Below are positions 24,490 through 36,750 of a DNA stretch of 64,000 nucleotides, one piece after another. The notes beneath the pieces were generated by a model, which saw only the letters and a program-made list of their open reading frames with translations, was not told the origin of the DNA and made no database searches. A program made the position numbers and the translations under genes. How positions within the stretch are numbered: position 1 is the first letter of the stretch; each line of letters opens with the position of its first letter. The stretch comes from Elsinoe ampelina (lineage: Eukaryota), in contig ML992506.1 in the NCBI GenBank assembly GCA_010093995.1, positions 1 through 64,000 of the forward strand. The letters are read 5' to 3'.

Positions 24490-26497
24490 TCAAGAGAATA
24501 TCTTGTTGAACCACTTATCGAACGAGTTCCTATTATTGGTCAGCCGATGGCCTCTTAAAAGAGTGTAGCACTTACTTGTAAGGTTCGGGGACGTAGTTAG
24601 CCTCGTACTCCGCAATCTCATCCATATTCTCTTGCAGATCAGCCTCCTCTTTCTTGACAACCTTTGTCTTCTTGAAAAATTTCCAGCCAAAGTAGATGCA
24701 GGGGAACACAAAGATCATGGTGTAGCTGAACAAGAAAGTAGGCACATTCCAGGCTCCGGGCAAGAAGACTGGATAGCCCCCAACAAATGCCATGATCAGA
24801 CATGCAGTACCGGCGAAGTAAGCCATATAGGGCTGAAACCAAGATTTGTAGATGAGCGTGTTGCGATCAATCCCCTGCGCCTCCAAGGCACGCTTGAACA
24901 TGACGTACGTAAAGCACATGACGGCGAAATTGAGAAGCTGAGAAGCCGTGACCAATGAGACGAACCAGGAGAGGACGACTGCCGATTCCTCGCCGACCTG
25001 CAGGAAAGCCAGAAGAGAAATGAGGAGGACCACAATAACGCAGTAGATAGGTACACCATTCCTTGTACACTTGGTGAGGAACTTTGGTGCTTTGCCTTCA
25101 AGTGCGAGACCAAAAAGAGACCGAGAAGCACAGTAGACATACGAGTTCCCAGCGGAGAGGGCAGACGTAAGCACCATTGCGTTGACAATGTGTGGAAGCA
25201 CAGGAATCTGCAGTCGGATCATCGAGACGACGTAGGGTGAAGCCGCAGCGCCTGGTGCCGAGTTCTCAAAGGCTGCCGTCAAGGTTGGATCGTCATAGGG
25301 GACCAGAATACCGACAGCCATGGATCCAAGCATGAAGAAAGTGGTAAGTCGGTAGAAAACGGCCTTGTATGCGCGAGGAAGGACGACTCGAGGATTCTCG
25401 GCCTCACCAGCAGCCATGGAAACGTAATCTGGTCCAGCAATGGTGAAAGAAGCTTGAATCAGACACTGTAGCCAGCCCATGAAGCGACCGAGACTCCCTG
25501 TCTGGCCAGCAAGTGGCTTGAATGATCCAGGATCGCGCCAGTACCGGAAGCCGAAACGGTCTCCAAGCGGATTGACACCAACCATGACGAAGAAGGTGTA
25601 GAGTAATAAACCGACGATGAGCAAGACCTTGCCGAGAGCCATCCAGAATTCGGCTTCGCCGTACCATTTGACGGCGAAGAGGTTGACAAGTCTGCAGGGA
25701 TTAACACGTGAGGTACCATACTCGCCGCGGATGAGCTTACGCATAGATGACAATGACGATGGCAATGATTGCAGCAGGAGGTACAGATGTGCTCCAGAAA
25801 TTGATAATCACATTGCACGCCACAATCTCGAATGGTACGAGGGCAGCCTCGAAGACGAAAAAATTGTAGCCGGCAGCGACCCCGAAGGCATCATCGACCC
25901 AGCGACCCGCAAACCGGATAAAGGGAGAAGAGATGGGCAGGTAAGTGACCATCTCGGCAATGCCTATACACGATTAATGAGTACATGTTGCTTTGGGAAC
26001 GGATGATGGTTCGATGCGTAGGGAAATGGTGTCTGGTTGTTTGTTGATGATATGACGGCTGAGGTGCGCGGGGTAATGGACGGAATGCAAGATTGGGTTC
26101 AAGATCTTACAATTGGTCACGCATAAAATGACAAAACACCTAGAACATCAGTCCTGATCTTTGTGTGGATGATGGAGTCTACTGACCAGATAGTGAAGGC
26201 CAGGAAGAGGGCTGCTGGACCACCATTGAGTAGACCTCGGCCAATCTGAACGAACAGAGCTGTTCCAATTGTGCCACCAATACCAATGAGCTGAATGTGC
26301 CTGGGCCTGAGCTTTCTGTGCGTGCTGTCCCCTTTCTTGATGCTGTAGTCGTCGTCCTCATTCAGAGCATAGTTGCTCTTGATGGCATCCATGACCGAGG
26401 CCTTGCGAGAACCCCGGCGCTCTGTACTCGCCTGACCGACCTCCTTCTCATAGTCCCCCGACCCGAGGGGCCTGCCAGGGGCATTTGAGATGGACAT
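24490..26497 (-). CDS. Amino-acid permease (YAT family, proline/dicarboxylic-like), multi-exon including a 29-nt exon 26111-26139
   Basis: LRPRHIQLIGIGGTIGTALF, AEMVTYLPI, YGEAEFW, GFRYWRDPG, AGEAENPR, ASPYV and YKSWFQPY. Confidence 0.93.
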
Positions 26498-27674
26498 GAT
26501 TGACGTGAACGAGGAACAAAAGCGGCTGACAAGTCAAGAGGTCAAGGTCTTGGGGACGCGGTAGGTTAAAAGCATGCGGCTTGGGCATTTGAGGGTCTTG
26601 CTTGGCTTGCCATGTCGCCCGCTGGCATCTGGGCTTGCCCACCGTACCAGAACTGGCCAGAAAAGTGAGAGATTTGCGGCCCACGGCCTAGCGCGCAAAG
26701 GGAGAAAAGCCAATTGCAAGACAAGCGTGGGATTGTTGGCGTCCCTTGGTCCACAAAGGCGGAGACCAGAGATGTGAGCTTGGCCTACGACAAGGCGATG
26801 ACAAAATTCTTGGCCGCAGAATGTTCCCGTCTTGAATTCACGATCTTGTCGATGCGTTGCTCTTGCCTTGTGGTGTAACACTCCATGGAGGCTTTGATCA
26901 GAAGCCTGTCTGCCAACCTGTTGGTGGTGTCTAAGCGGCACGGAGAAGATGCCGAGGTACTCGTGAGACCCGCATGTTGTCTTGTGCTGGTCTTCGTCAT
27001 GATCTCGTGCTCCAACCTGACGGCGAAGACGGACTGTACCTTACGTGTTTCGAGAGGGCATATCACGGTTTAAAGTACCGGATCCCTTCTTCTCGGAGCA
27101 GGTCCACACCATGACCGAGTTCGTAGCACGTGGATCATGCATGATGACTGTCGGCCAGATAGTCGGGGAGCACACCGGGTGCTATAGTGAAGCATGAGGA
27201 AGTCGCGGTTGATGCTGCAAAATAAACCCACCACCTGCACGTAACATCACCAAAGCCATACAAAGACTCTGAGGTGACCTTGATGGCCGCCGGAAGATTA
27301 AATGTCCAGGACGAGCTTGATATGAGCTGTAGCCCGCAAGAGTTACTCTGGCCAGCATCCATTATTCGTGTGGATCCACCCTGCAGTCGAGTCGGCAGGG
27401 ATTTTCAAGAGCCCTGACACGTGAAGAATCCTGTCTGTGATCCAGGGAGCTTGATGAGACTAGCCTTGACAAGAGGCAAGCGGGGTTCCAAGGTTGTGAC
27501 CGCAACCAACTGTCATCGCCCAAACACAAACCAGGAATATCTTCTTGGGTCGTTCCACGCGACCCGTCAATTTTCCGTCATCGGTTGAGGGCATCTGATA
27601 AGAATGTGTATCCTTCGCTATCCTTTGTTGCTCACCATCCAAATGGGTAGAGGCTCTGATGCAGCCACATCACA

Positions 27675-28969
27675 ATGGCGTCTCGGCTAAGGACAAGACT
27701 TCCTACCACGAAGCTCAAGTGCGATGGTCGATCTGGGCTCGCGACGTCCTCCACACCGCAGTATCATTGTGACCTAGACGAAGAGCCCGTGCAGAATTAC
27801 AAGCCTGGAGGATATCATCCAGTTCAGATCGGTGACAAACTCGGCGGCGGGAGGTACAAAGTCCTGCACAAACTAGGCTGGGGAGGCTTCTCTACTGTGT
27901 GGGCTGCGAATGATCAAGAGTGAGTCCTTCTTTCCTGTTCAACCCGTCTTTGCTGACTCTTCACAGATCCGGGAACAACGTAGCGCTGAAGATTGTTCAG
28001 GCTGCGGCGAGCGGCGATACACGTGGTTTGCGGACGCTCAAGTTCCTTAAAGACTCCAGTTCCCAACAACCGGGATACAACCGTCTAGTCAAGTTGCACA
28101 GTGTCTTCCAACAAGAAGGTCCCAATGGGAAACACAATTGCCTTGTGCTTGACCTAACTGGACCGAGTGTCCAAGACTACATCAACCGCCACGTGGATGG
28201 ATTCAGACTCCCAGGGAAAGCAGCGAAAACCATCGCAAAGCAGGCCCTGGAAGCTCTGAGCTGTCTGCATGCAAGTGGAATCTGCCATGGGGACCTACAC
28301 AACCAGAATCTAGCCCTTGGAATACCCTCCCTCGCCCGCTTGGATGAGAAAGACTTCTACCAGGCACTCGGCCACCCCAAGAGAGCGCAAGTTACCAGAT
28401 CCGATGGAGGTGAGCTTGAGCCACATGTTCCACCATATCTTGTGAAGCCAGCGCCTTTCGCCGATGAACAGCACCTGCACCTCCACCATTTCAAGCTCGT
28501 CGACTTTGGAGCGTCATTCAGAGGAGCGATCGGTTCGCAATCACTTCTCAATCCACCCGTCATTCGTGCTCCTGAACAATTCTTCGGAGAGGAGCTGGAC
28601 TTCCGGGTCGATCTCTGGAGCATGGGCTGTACTCTCTTCGAACTGGTTTGCGGGCAGACACCCTTTGAGAGCGGCAACAGTACTCCGGAGTCAATTCCAA
28701 AGCAAATGATATACATGATCAAGGATGACTTCCCGGATCAATGGCAGGAAAAGCGCCGTCAAATAGAGCGACAGGCTCCGGAATCACCTTCCTCCACTCT
28801 GCAACAGTGGCTGAACGTCGTCTACTTTGAGAGCGAAGACAAAGCGGATTTCAGCCGCTCCGAGATTGAGCAGGTCGGTCATATCATCGCGCGCTTGATG
28901 AAGTTTGAACCTGGAAATCGAGCTTCAGCGGATGATATTCTGCAGGACCCATGGTTCGCTGAAGATTGA
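27675..28969 (+). CDS. SRPK-like (CMGC) Ser/Thr protein kinase; intron ~27920-27967
   Basis: YKPGGYHPV, HKLGWGGFSTVWAA, VALKI, GPNGKHNCLV, HGDLHNQN, DFG, RAPE and DLWSMGC. Confidence 0.9.
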
Positions 28970-29235
28970 GCGAAGCGACTAGATGGCTGTTGTGCGCTCA
29001 TAGGTGCGTGAGTTGATCATCGCATTACTGCTGCAAAGCTCGCACATCCCGGACACTGCTCAACAACAGTTGCGACCTGTATGACGACTACGAGTATGGA
29101 TGTACTACGCTTTTACCCGCAATTGACAAGTCATGCGGCTGTATACCGTCTTCTGCAAAAACCCGAGAACCCTTTATCCAAAAGTCTTGCCAGATCATCC
29201 AGATTTTCAGGGTCAATCCCTGCATACTCAATGGG

Positions 29236-29730
29236 AGGTGGTACGATCAAGCTGTCAAGCCATTCAGTTTTGGTCTACACTACACTACCTTCAAAGCAGA
29301 GCTCAGAGCTTTACCCAAAACGGTCCGAATCGCGGACCTGCTTCGCGACTGTAAGAATGAGTTCGCGGACACTTGCTCTGCGCCGTCGCTTCCCATTGAC
29401 ATTGCCAACACAGGAAGGAGAGCTTCCGACTACGTGGCGCTTGCCTTTATATCTGGAGAATATGGACCGAAGCCCTACCCTCGTAAGACACGTTACGCAT
29501 ACGCACGCCTCCGTAACATTGCTCCTCGGAGTACAATCCGAGCTGAGCTGACCTGGACACTGGGCGAGCGAGCTCGTCGTGACGAGCAGGGTAACACTGG
29601 TCTTTATCCAGGGACATACACTGTTACTATCGACGGGCCCACGCTTTACACTGCTTCCTTTACCCTCTCAGGCAGGCCCGTCGTTCTCGACAAGTGGCCG
29701 GCTCCACCGACGAATTCGACTAGGGTATAG
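29236..29730 (+). pseudogene. 5'-truncated GH3 beta-xylosidase remnant (C-terminal/FnIII-like part only)
   Basis: One open frame reads RWYDQAVKPFSFGLHYTTF...NTGRRASDYVALAFISGEYGPKPYPRKT...ARRDEQGNTGLYPGTY...VVLDKWPAPP*. There is no in-frame ATG and no room for the catalytic domains after the kinase stop at 28969. Confidence 0.8.
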
Positions 29731-30336
29731 ACTTTCCTGTGATCTCTGGGTCAAAGAGCTTGCATAGTTTACAAGCAATGCAATGTTTGCTGTCCTTTTC
29801 GCTTTTCGTATGTACCTGATCTTCCCCACCAGAACATACCGATGTGTGAGTCTGGAGCACCTGCTTCATGGCTGCAGAGTCGTGTGTGGGTACGCTTGTA
29901 GCATCACCATAGCGTCCTTCAGCCAGACGGAAGGCACTATCGGCAACATTATAAGACCAGATACCGAGCATTTGAGTATCCAGAGGCTCCGGACTACGCA
30001 CCCTTCCGGGTCTGTTGCTGTGCGGGGAGCTTGACTTAGGGCTCAGTTTGATCCCACCCCCACATACGCTTGTGAACATGTGGGGACCATTTGGCCTCTC
30101 TTTCATTGGAGCAGTATTTTGAATCCCGACGTATTCCAGACGATGGGATTGGACACTTGGAGTCTTTCGGCTTCCCTCGCAGATGAATGCCACTTTACAC
30201 CTAAGGTACAAGCCGAGCACAAGCCGAACTCGACCATTGCTCCACCGGATGCATATAACACCCAATTCCCCTGCCGTTCGGTCAGGAACCTGTCAGATAG
30301 CTACACTCTCGGCAGTTATTCTGTACGCTTGCCATC

Positions 30337-31974
30337 ATGGCTGTAGCAGTCGAGCAGATCCGGGCACCAGACATGCCTCCGACCGACAGATCGGGACCAG
30401 TCAACGGTACCCACGATGCCTACTACGGGTTGACATCCAAATGGCCAGTAACGGCTGATCTCGCTGGCTCGACTTTGCCATGTCGTTTGGAAGGTGAGAT
30501 CGCCGATTTGGTAGTGCTGGGCGAAATCCCAGTAGAGATCAGGGGCACCTTCTACAGGGTGATGGTCGACCCAGCACTTCCACCGGTTCCAGGGAATGTT
30601 CCTCTGGACGGCGATGGAAACATTTCGGCCTTTCGCTTCCACGATGGCCGAGTTGACATGAAGATGCGTTATGTCCAGACCGAGAGGTACAAACTCGAGC
30701 GCAAAGCGGGCAGGAGTCTGTTCGGGTTGTATCGCAACCCATTCAGTCACCACCCTTGCGTCCAAGCAGCCGTCGATTCGACCGCCAATACAAACTTGAT
30801 TCTATGGGCAAACCACCTTCTCGCCCTCAAAGAAAGCTCACTGCCCTATGCGGTCGATCCAGAGACTTTGGAGACACGCGGCTACGATCCCTTCCACGGC
30901 CAAGTCAAGAGCAAGTCCTTCACTGCCCACCCGAAGATCGATCCTTTCACCAGCGAGCTCGTAGTCCACGGCTACGAGGCCAAAGGTCTCGCCACAAAAG
31001 ACATTGTCATCTACCACCTCGATACAGATGGCAAGAAGCACGACGAGCAATGGATCCAATCTCCCTGGACCGGCATCATCCACGACTGCGCCATCACCCC
31101 CAACTTCATCGTGCTTTTCCTCTGGCCCTTCAGCGCCGACATCGAACGGATGAAGCGCGGTGGCCACCACTGGGCATGGGACTACAACCTCCCGTGTACC
31201 TTCCTCGTCGTCCCCCGTCGACCTGGCAAAAACTTACCCCCGGGCTGGTCTCCCGGCGAGCAGCACCGCGTCTACCACTGGCGGAACTGCATGCCCATCC
31301 ACACCGCCGGTGCCTGGGAAGAGGGGAACAGGATCTACGTCGAATCATCGCGGGTGCACGATAATGCCTTCCCGTTCTTCCCAACAGACAAGGGAGAACT
31401 ACCAGCCGTCGACGCCAAAGCCGATTTCGTCAGGTGGGAGCTCGATCTGACGTTGCCTTCCGACACAAAAGTCGCTGATCCAGAAGTGGTGCTTGATGTA
31501 CCTTCCGAGTTCCCGCGGGTGGACGAGAGGTTCTGGACCCGTCCTTATGACAGGGTGTGGTTGAACGTGTTCATGCCATCGCGGTCAGATGGGGGGAAGA
31601 ATCTCTTCCACGGGCTCAATGGGTTGGCGCAGTATAGTCGTGCGAAGGGGACCACGGAGTATTTCTATGCCGGGGACGACTCATTGGTTCAAGAACCTGT
31701 CTTCATTCCGAGGCATGAGGGCGCGGCCGAGGGAGATGGATGGGTTATGGCGATGGTGGAGAGGAGGAAGGCGAATAGGAATGACATCGTGGTGATTGAT
31801 ACAAGGGACTTTGAGAGGCCGGTGGCGATCGTGCAGCTGCCGTTTCATGTCAAGGCGCAGGTGCACGGGAATTGGGTAGGGGCCGAGACGGGGGTGGGCA
31901 GGACGAGCTTGGTCAGGGAGCAGGTGGGGGAGATCAAGGTCAGTGGGAGGGGAGCGTTGGAGGTCGAAGCATGA
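30337..31974 (+). CDS. Carotenoid-oxygenase family, lignostilbene-alpha,beta-dioxygenase-like, intronless, 545 aa
   Basis: DGDG, RYVQTERY..ERKAGRSLFGLYRNPF and STANTN. Four Fe-ligand His: TAHPK, IHD, IHT, VHGNW. Also EFPRVD and QEPVF. Confidence 0.92.
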   Translation: MAVAVEQIRAPDMPPTDRSGPVNGTHDAYYGLTSKWPVTADLAGSTLPCRLEGEIADLVVLGEIPVEIRGTFYRVMVDPALPPVPGNVPLDGDGNISAFRFHDGRVDMKMRYVQTERYKLERKAGRSLFGLYRNPFSHHPCVQAAVDSTANTNLILWANHLLALKESSLPYAVDPETLETRGYDPFHGQVKSKSFTAHPKIDPFTSELVVHGYEAKGLATKDIVIYHLDTDGKKHDEQWIQSPWTGIIHDCAITPNFIVLFLWPFSADIERMKRGGHHWAWDYNLPCTFLVVPRRPGKNLPPGWSPGEQHRVYHWRNCMPIHTAGAWEEGNRIYVESSRVHDNAFPFFPTDKGELPAVDAKADFVRWELDLTLPSDTKVADPEVVLDVPSEFPRVDERFWTRPYDRVWLNVFMPSRSDGGKNLFHGLNGLAQYSRAKGTTEYFYAGDDSLVQEPVFIPRHEGAAEGDGWVMAMVERRKANRNDIVVIDTRDFERPVAIVQLPFHVKAQVHGNWVGAETGVGRTSLVREQVGEIKVSGRGALEVEA

Positions 31975-32380
31975 GCCCTGTCGACTTGCTATGTTTCTGG
32001 CATGTTCTCCTGACCGAGGCAAATGATGTTAGTGTAATCAAGCTCGACTGTTGCAAATGACGTCCTTTCAAGTCGTCTCCACAGACTGCGTCAAACGTGC
32101 CTTGGTCGGCGATCTGCCGTCGTACCGTGCGATTGAGTGCTCGGAACCCGTTTCTTGTCAACATTACCGCTGGAGCGTTTCCATAGCCTCACCTAATCTT
32201 ATTTCATGCAACGGTTGACGTCAGTCTGAGCATGGTTGGAAAAGTCCGGCAGGTGAAGTGAATGGATATTGCTCCGACGGGTTTTTGCGTGCCGCAAGGT
32301 ACGACCTGGGTATCTATTCACAGAAATGGGCTATGTACGAGCTCTGATGGCTCAGTTGGCTGTCCCTACACAAAAGGGCA

Positions 32381-34330
32381 CTAGTTGCTGTGACCCTTGG
32401 AGAGAGTGTTATCACCAAGGATAGCTGGAATGCTACCCTCGTGGGTCGGAGGACCAGAGTAGTGCTTCTTGCCGTAGACAAAGTACCATACGGCGGAGAT
32501 GGCAGTGAAGCCGACGAAAACGACCGAGGCGTAGTTCATCAAGCTCAGGCTGGTGGGGATGACAGATGGCATACAGAAGAGAGGGATGACCAACAAAGTC
32601 CAGGCTAGGGAGGAGTCAGCAGGTAGCTTGGAATCAGAAAACACAGGATATCTTACCAAGGGAGACGATGTTGCAAACAACACCAATCTTGCCCAGATAG
32701 AAGCGACCAGACTTGACATAGGTGCGTCCGCCGATGAGAGAGACGGCGATTGGCATAGCGTAGCTTAGGGTCAGAGCAATGACACCAACACCGGAGAAGG
32801 CGTTGAAAGCAGCGGATGAACCGAAGGTGAGAAGACCGAGAAGGAGCTGGACAACCATGGAAAGCATCATGGCGTTGAGAGGCACATCAAGCTTGCGGTT
32901 GACTTTCTTCCAGAGCTGGAAACCTGGAATAGCTTCATCACGAGCGAAGGAGTAGATGCAGCGAGCGCAGGCAGTCGTGCAACCTACACCACACACCACG
33001 GCGAGAGCGAGAATTGGGACCATAAGAGCGAAAGCACCCCCTTGGTTACCGACGGCGCCGGCGACAATGACGGGGACGGGCTGAAGGTTGAGAATGAGTT
33101 CGGAGACTTCGGGCACCACGAACATCAAAGGGATCAAAAAGACCAGACCAGCGATGGTGTTGGCAACGACGGTACCGAGCATGGCCTTTGGGATTTGAGC
33201 AGCTGGGTCGCGGACCTCCTCGGCCATGTTGATGATCATGCCGGTAGAAGACGTCGCATAGGCAGCGTGCAGAAGACCAACTAGTTTACATTAGCAAAGG
33301 GGCGATTTGGGGATATCCTCGAGCAAGGAAAGGTGCTTTTGGGCAAGTCGCATAGGAGAATCAAAGGGTGCTTTAGCAAAGGAAAGGTCGCACTGGGGGA
33401 GAGAGGTGCTATGGGATTTGGCGCATAGGGGTAGTCGTACTCATCCACGACCAGCCAGGGGTCCAACCGGATTGAGGAGTAAAGTCGGTAAAGACAAAAT
33501 CAGCACTCCGGCGGCCGCCCCTGGCGAGGACCAAGATTGTGACAATCAAAGCGATCACACCAACAAAGGTAAAGGCGACTGCAGAGGTCTGTATATGTTA
33601 GCAAAGATGGTGGCCATGGTGCGGGACAAACATACATCGAGGATAGGAAGCCATCTGTTGCCGAGGGCGGAGATGAGGTTGCAGACAATGACAATAGCGA
33701 GGAAAATGAGGTAAGTCTGGTAGGTGGTGTTTGCGAAGATCGGGTTGCCCTCGGCGTCAGTGAAGATGTTGATGCAGCCGATGAGGAAGAGAGTTGTTCC
33801 GTACTGGACGGCAAGAGTGATGGTAATTTGGCCTGCACGCGATCAATTGCCGAAACTAGGCACGGGCGGCATTTGGATCACTCACCAATGACCATGTTCC
33901 ACCCGCAGATCCAGGCTGTGATTCTCCTGCACCAGTGAGGCGATAGCATGTAAGTCTGGTAGTAGACACCTCCAGCGGTGGGGAAGACAGATGTGATTTC
34001 TCCTAGAGACGCGGCGACACACATGATGATGATGGATACGGCCAACCAGCCCCAGATGACGCAGGTCATGCCGCCTCCTGTCAGTGGATAGAGCAGTGTA
34101 GTCGCGAGACCGTAGGGGATCGAGGCCAGCACAAAGGACATGAAGGCGACCTGGAAGGTACTGCGATTGCGGACCAATTCAGCCTTGTATCCCAATTGCT
34201 CGAGGTATGCATCTGGAGCGGCGGCATCTCCGTGAACGATATCGTCCGAGCTGCTCCGGTAGTGGTTTCCCTGCTGCTGGCCCTTGGCGTAGCCTGGCAC
34301 CGACTCGGACTCTGGATAGAAGGACGACAT
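32381..34330 (-). CDS. Amino-acid/GABA/choline permease (ACT family), multi-exon
   Basis: LGYKAELVRNRS, SLGEITSVFPTAGGVY, AEEVRDPAAQIPKAM, SFARDEAIPG, PLNAM and MNYASVVFVG. Confidence 0.92.
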
Positions 34331-34846
34331 GGCGGGCGAAGAGGAGGTCGGGAGTGTTTGGGAACAAGAAACAAAAGAGCGCGTGGTACGCGCAGAGTAT
34401 TAATATGGAAAAAGATTGATTTGACAAGAAGGTTGAAAAGTCTCCCGGCAGCATGGGAATAAAAAGAAAACGAAACGGGTAGATTGCCAGCCGCGCCAAG
34501 TGGGTCAGCAAGTCGTGCAAGTGTGTCCCACAAGGCCAGTAATCGTCTTTTCAGAAAGAGAAAAGACTGAAGGACAGAAGAGTAGTTTGGAACCGAGACA
34601 GGTGCCCGCTACGAGCCCGTCCTGGCCCGCAGCCACGGTCCGTTTTTGGTCTCACGTGGCTCATACATTAACGTCGTCTAGACCAGGAAGAGGCCCCGGC
34701 AGCCTCTGACAGACCCTGTTTCTCCTCTCGATCCTGTTCTACGCTGCGGAAAGTCTCTCACTCTTACTCGAGTATGTTCATCGGGTGGGTATCTCAAATA
34801 TCAACGCTCAGACTCAAGCACTCCCAGGTCCTCCGGTAGCCTCGTA

Positions 34847-35957
34847 TCAGACCGCTCTCGCTGCTGTGAATACAATGCCAGACGCAAACGCAGCCGCGAT
34901 GGTCACAAAACTCGACCATCCAAAGGTAGGTATACCGCTGATTCCATGACCCGAAGGACATCCTTTCGCCAGTCTCGCCCCAAACAGCAACGCGGCCCCG
35001 CCGACGATATGGTTTGCTATGGCAGGAGCAGGAGATACTTTGTACCCCAAAAACAAACCGTTTATGGCAAAGGTTGCGACGAACGCTCCGGTCGCAAACA
35101 TGGTCGCTGGGGTGAAGAGCTTGTGTTGAGTAGTCAGGAACGGTCTGAGCAGGACCCGCGCGATATCTTCGTACGCAGACGAAACGCCGACGGAAGATCG
35201 AGTCAGGATAATGGATACCAGCTGTGACATGCCCATCAAGAGTCCGCCAGTGGTGGGGGAGATAGAGGTGCTGGCCTGCGATAGGGAAGCCCTTCTCAAA
35301 AGGGTTATAATTCCCAGGGCGAAGACTTGCCAGATAACCACCATGGTCGCAGGGTTGATATCCAAACTTGCTGCCACTGTCGGCGCAACCTCTTTCTTCA
35401 ATTCCGGAATCTTGAATTGACCAGTGATGGGACTATCGGTCATCTGAATGTCGTTTCTGCCTGGGCACGTATCGATGCTGGCTGCCGACTTCTCCGCTCT
35501 CCTCTCCAAGCTCACGTACAACATGGCTCCCAGGATCCCGCCCAGTATTGTGTATACACCCGACATGCCGCCTATTCCAGCTTGGACGAGTGCGGAACCA
35601 GGGCATGCGCCCGTCGTCGCCATACCCAAGCCGATGAGGGCACCGCCGATAGCATTGCCGGCGTAGGGAAAGAGGCCAACAGTGATGGGTTTTCTCGCTG
35701 ATATGTTTGTGTAGCCGATGCGATTGGAGATGTAGAAGATGACACTGCGAATGTCAGCACGAGTAATATCAATGGTAAGTCGGAGTCACTCACGCACTCG
35801 CCGCTGTGGCTGTCAACATTGTCTCTACCATGCGGAAATCAACCAGACGCATCTGTGCCTTGATGGTCGCTGGATCCTGCATGCCTGCAGCCAGCAGCGC
35901 GGACCCGAACACGGCTCCAGCTGCAACCCTGCGCAGGCCATCATGCAGTTGCATCAT
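34847..35957 (-). CDS. YeeE/YedE (sulfur-compound transport) family membrane protein; intron ~35746-35793
   Basis: GAVFGSALLAAGMQDP..I..QM...DF.M, GGALIGLGMATTGACPG and GARLAKGCPSGHGISG signatures. Confidence 0.85.
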
Positions 35958-36750
35958 GTAGCGAGATATCGTATCGATACGGGTAATGATAGGTGTAGTA
36001 GATGGGTCATGCAAGGGATCCAGGTGAGGATTGAAGTAGAAGATGCCAAAATACCATGTGCGCTCATGTTTATTTTCACATGCCGTGCATCTGCATCTTA
36101 TTATACAGACTCGTGCCTGGCCCGAACAAAGGCGAGGACGAAATTTAAAATCGTCACCAATAGACCCAACTGCCCGAACGCCCCTGCTTGTGCTCCACGG
36201 GTCCATGGTTCACGGCGAGGGCAGGAAAAGGGAGATGCCCAAGATGCTGCCACCTACCAGACGCCGAGCTGGGACACGGCGTGTATGCATGTGCGTCTTT
36301 TGGGCAAGAGGTGAGATGCCGCCTGGTCCCGTGGATGCGGCCACGATAATTGAGGCGTGATACTGGCATTGACTGGGTACAAAAGGCGTTGCATGTGCGA
36401 GATCGCCGACCACAAACCCCTCAAATGTTACCCGCCGGTGACCTCGCATCCTTGGACGATATGGACGATAACACTTTCCATTGCACGACTTCGGATGCCC
36501 AAGCTCGAATGAGATATCCATTTGGACTCAGTATATTCCGATGCCATTTTATTCTACCAAGTTCAAATGCATACAGGGCTCCCCGCCCGCCACCATCGCC
36601 GCTGACGAGTGCCGCCGCTCTAGCCCTCGCCCTAGGCCATCCCACAAGCGAATTCTGTGCCACATGGCCACGTCCACCCGGGACATCCTTGACCAGATGC
36701 ATCCCAGACCAAGATGCACCCGACCGATCGGCACGTTACACCCTCGGTCC

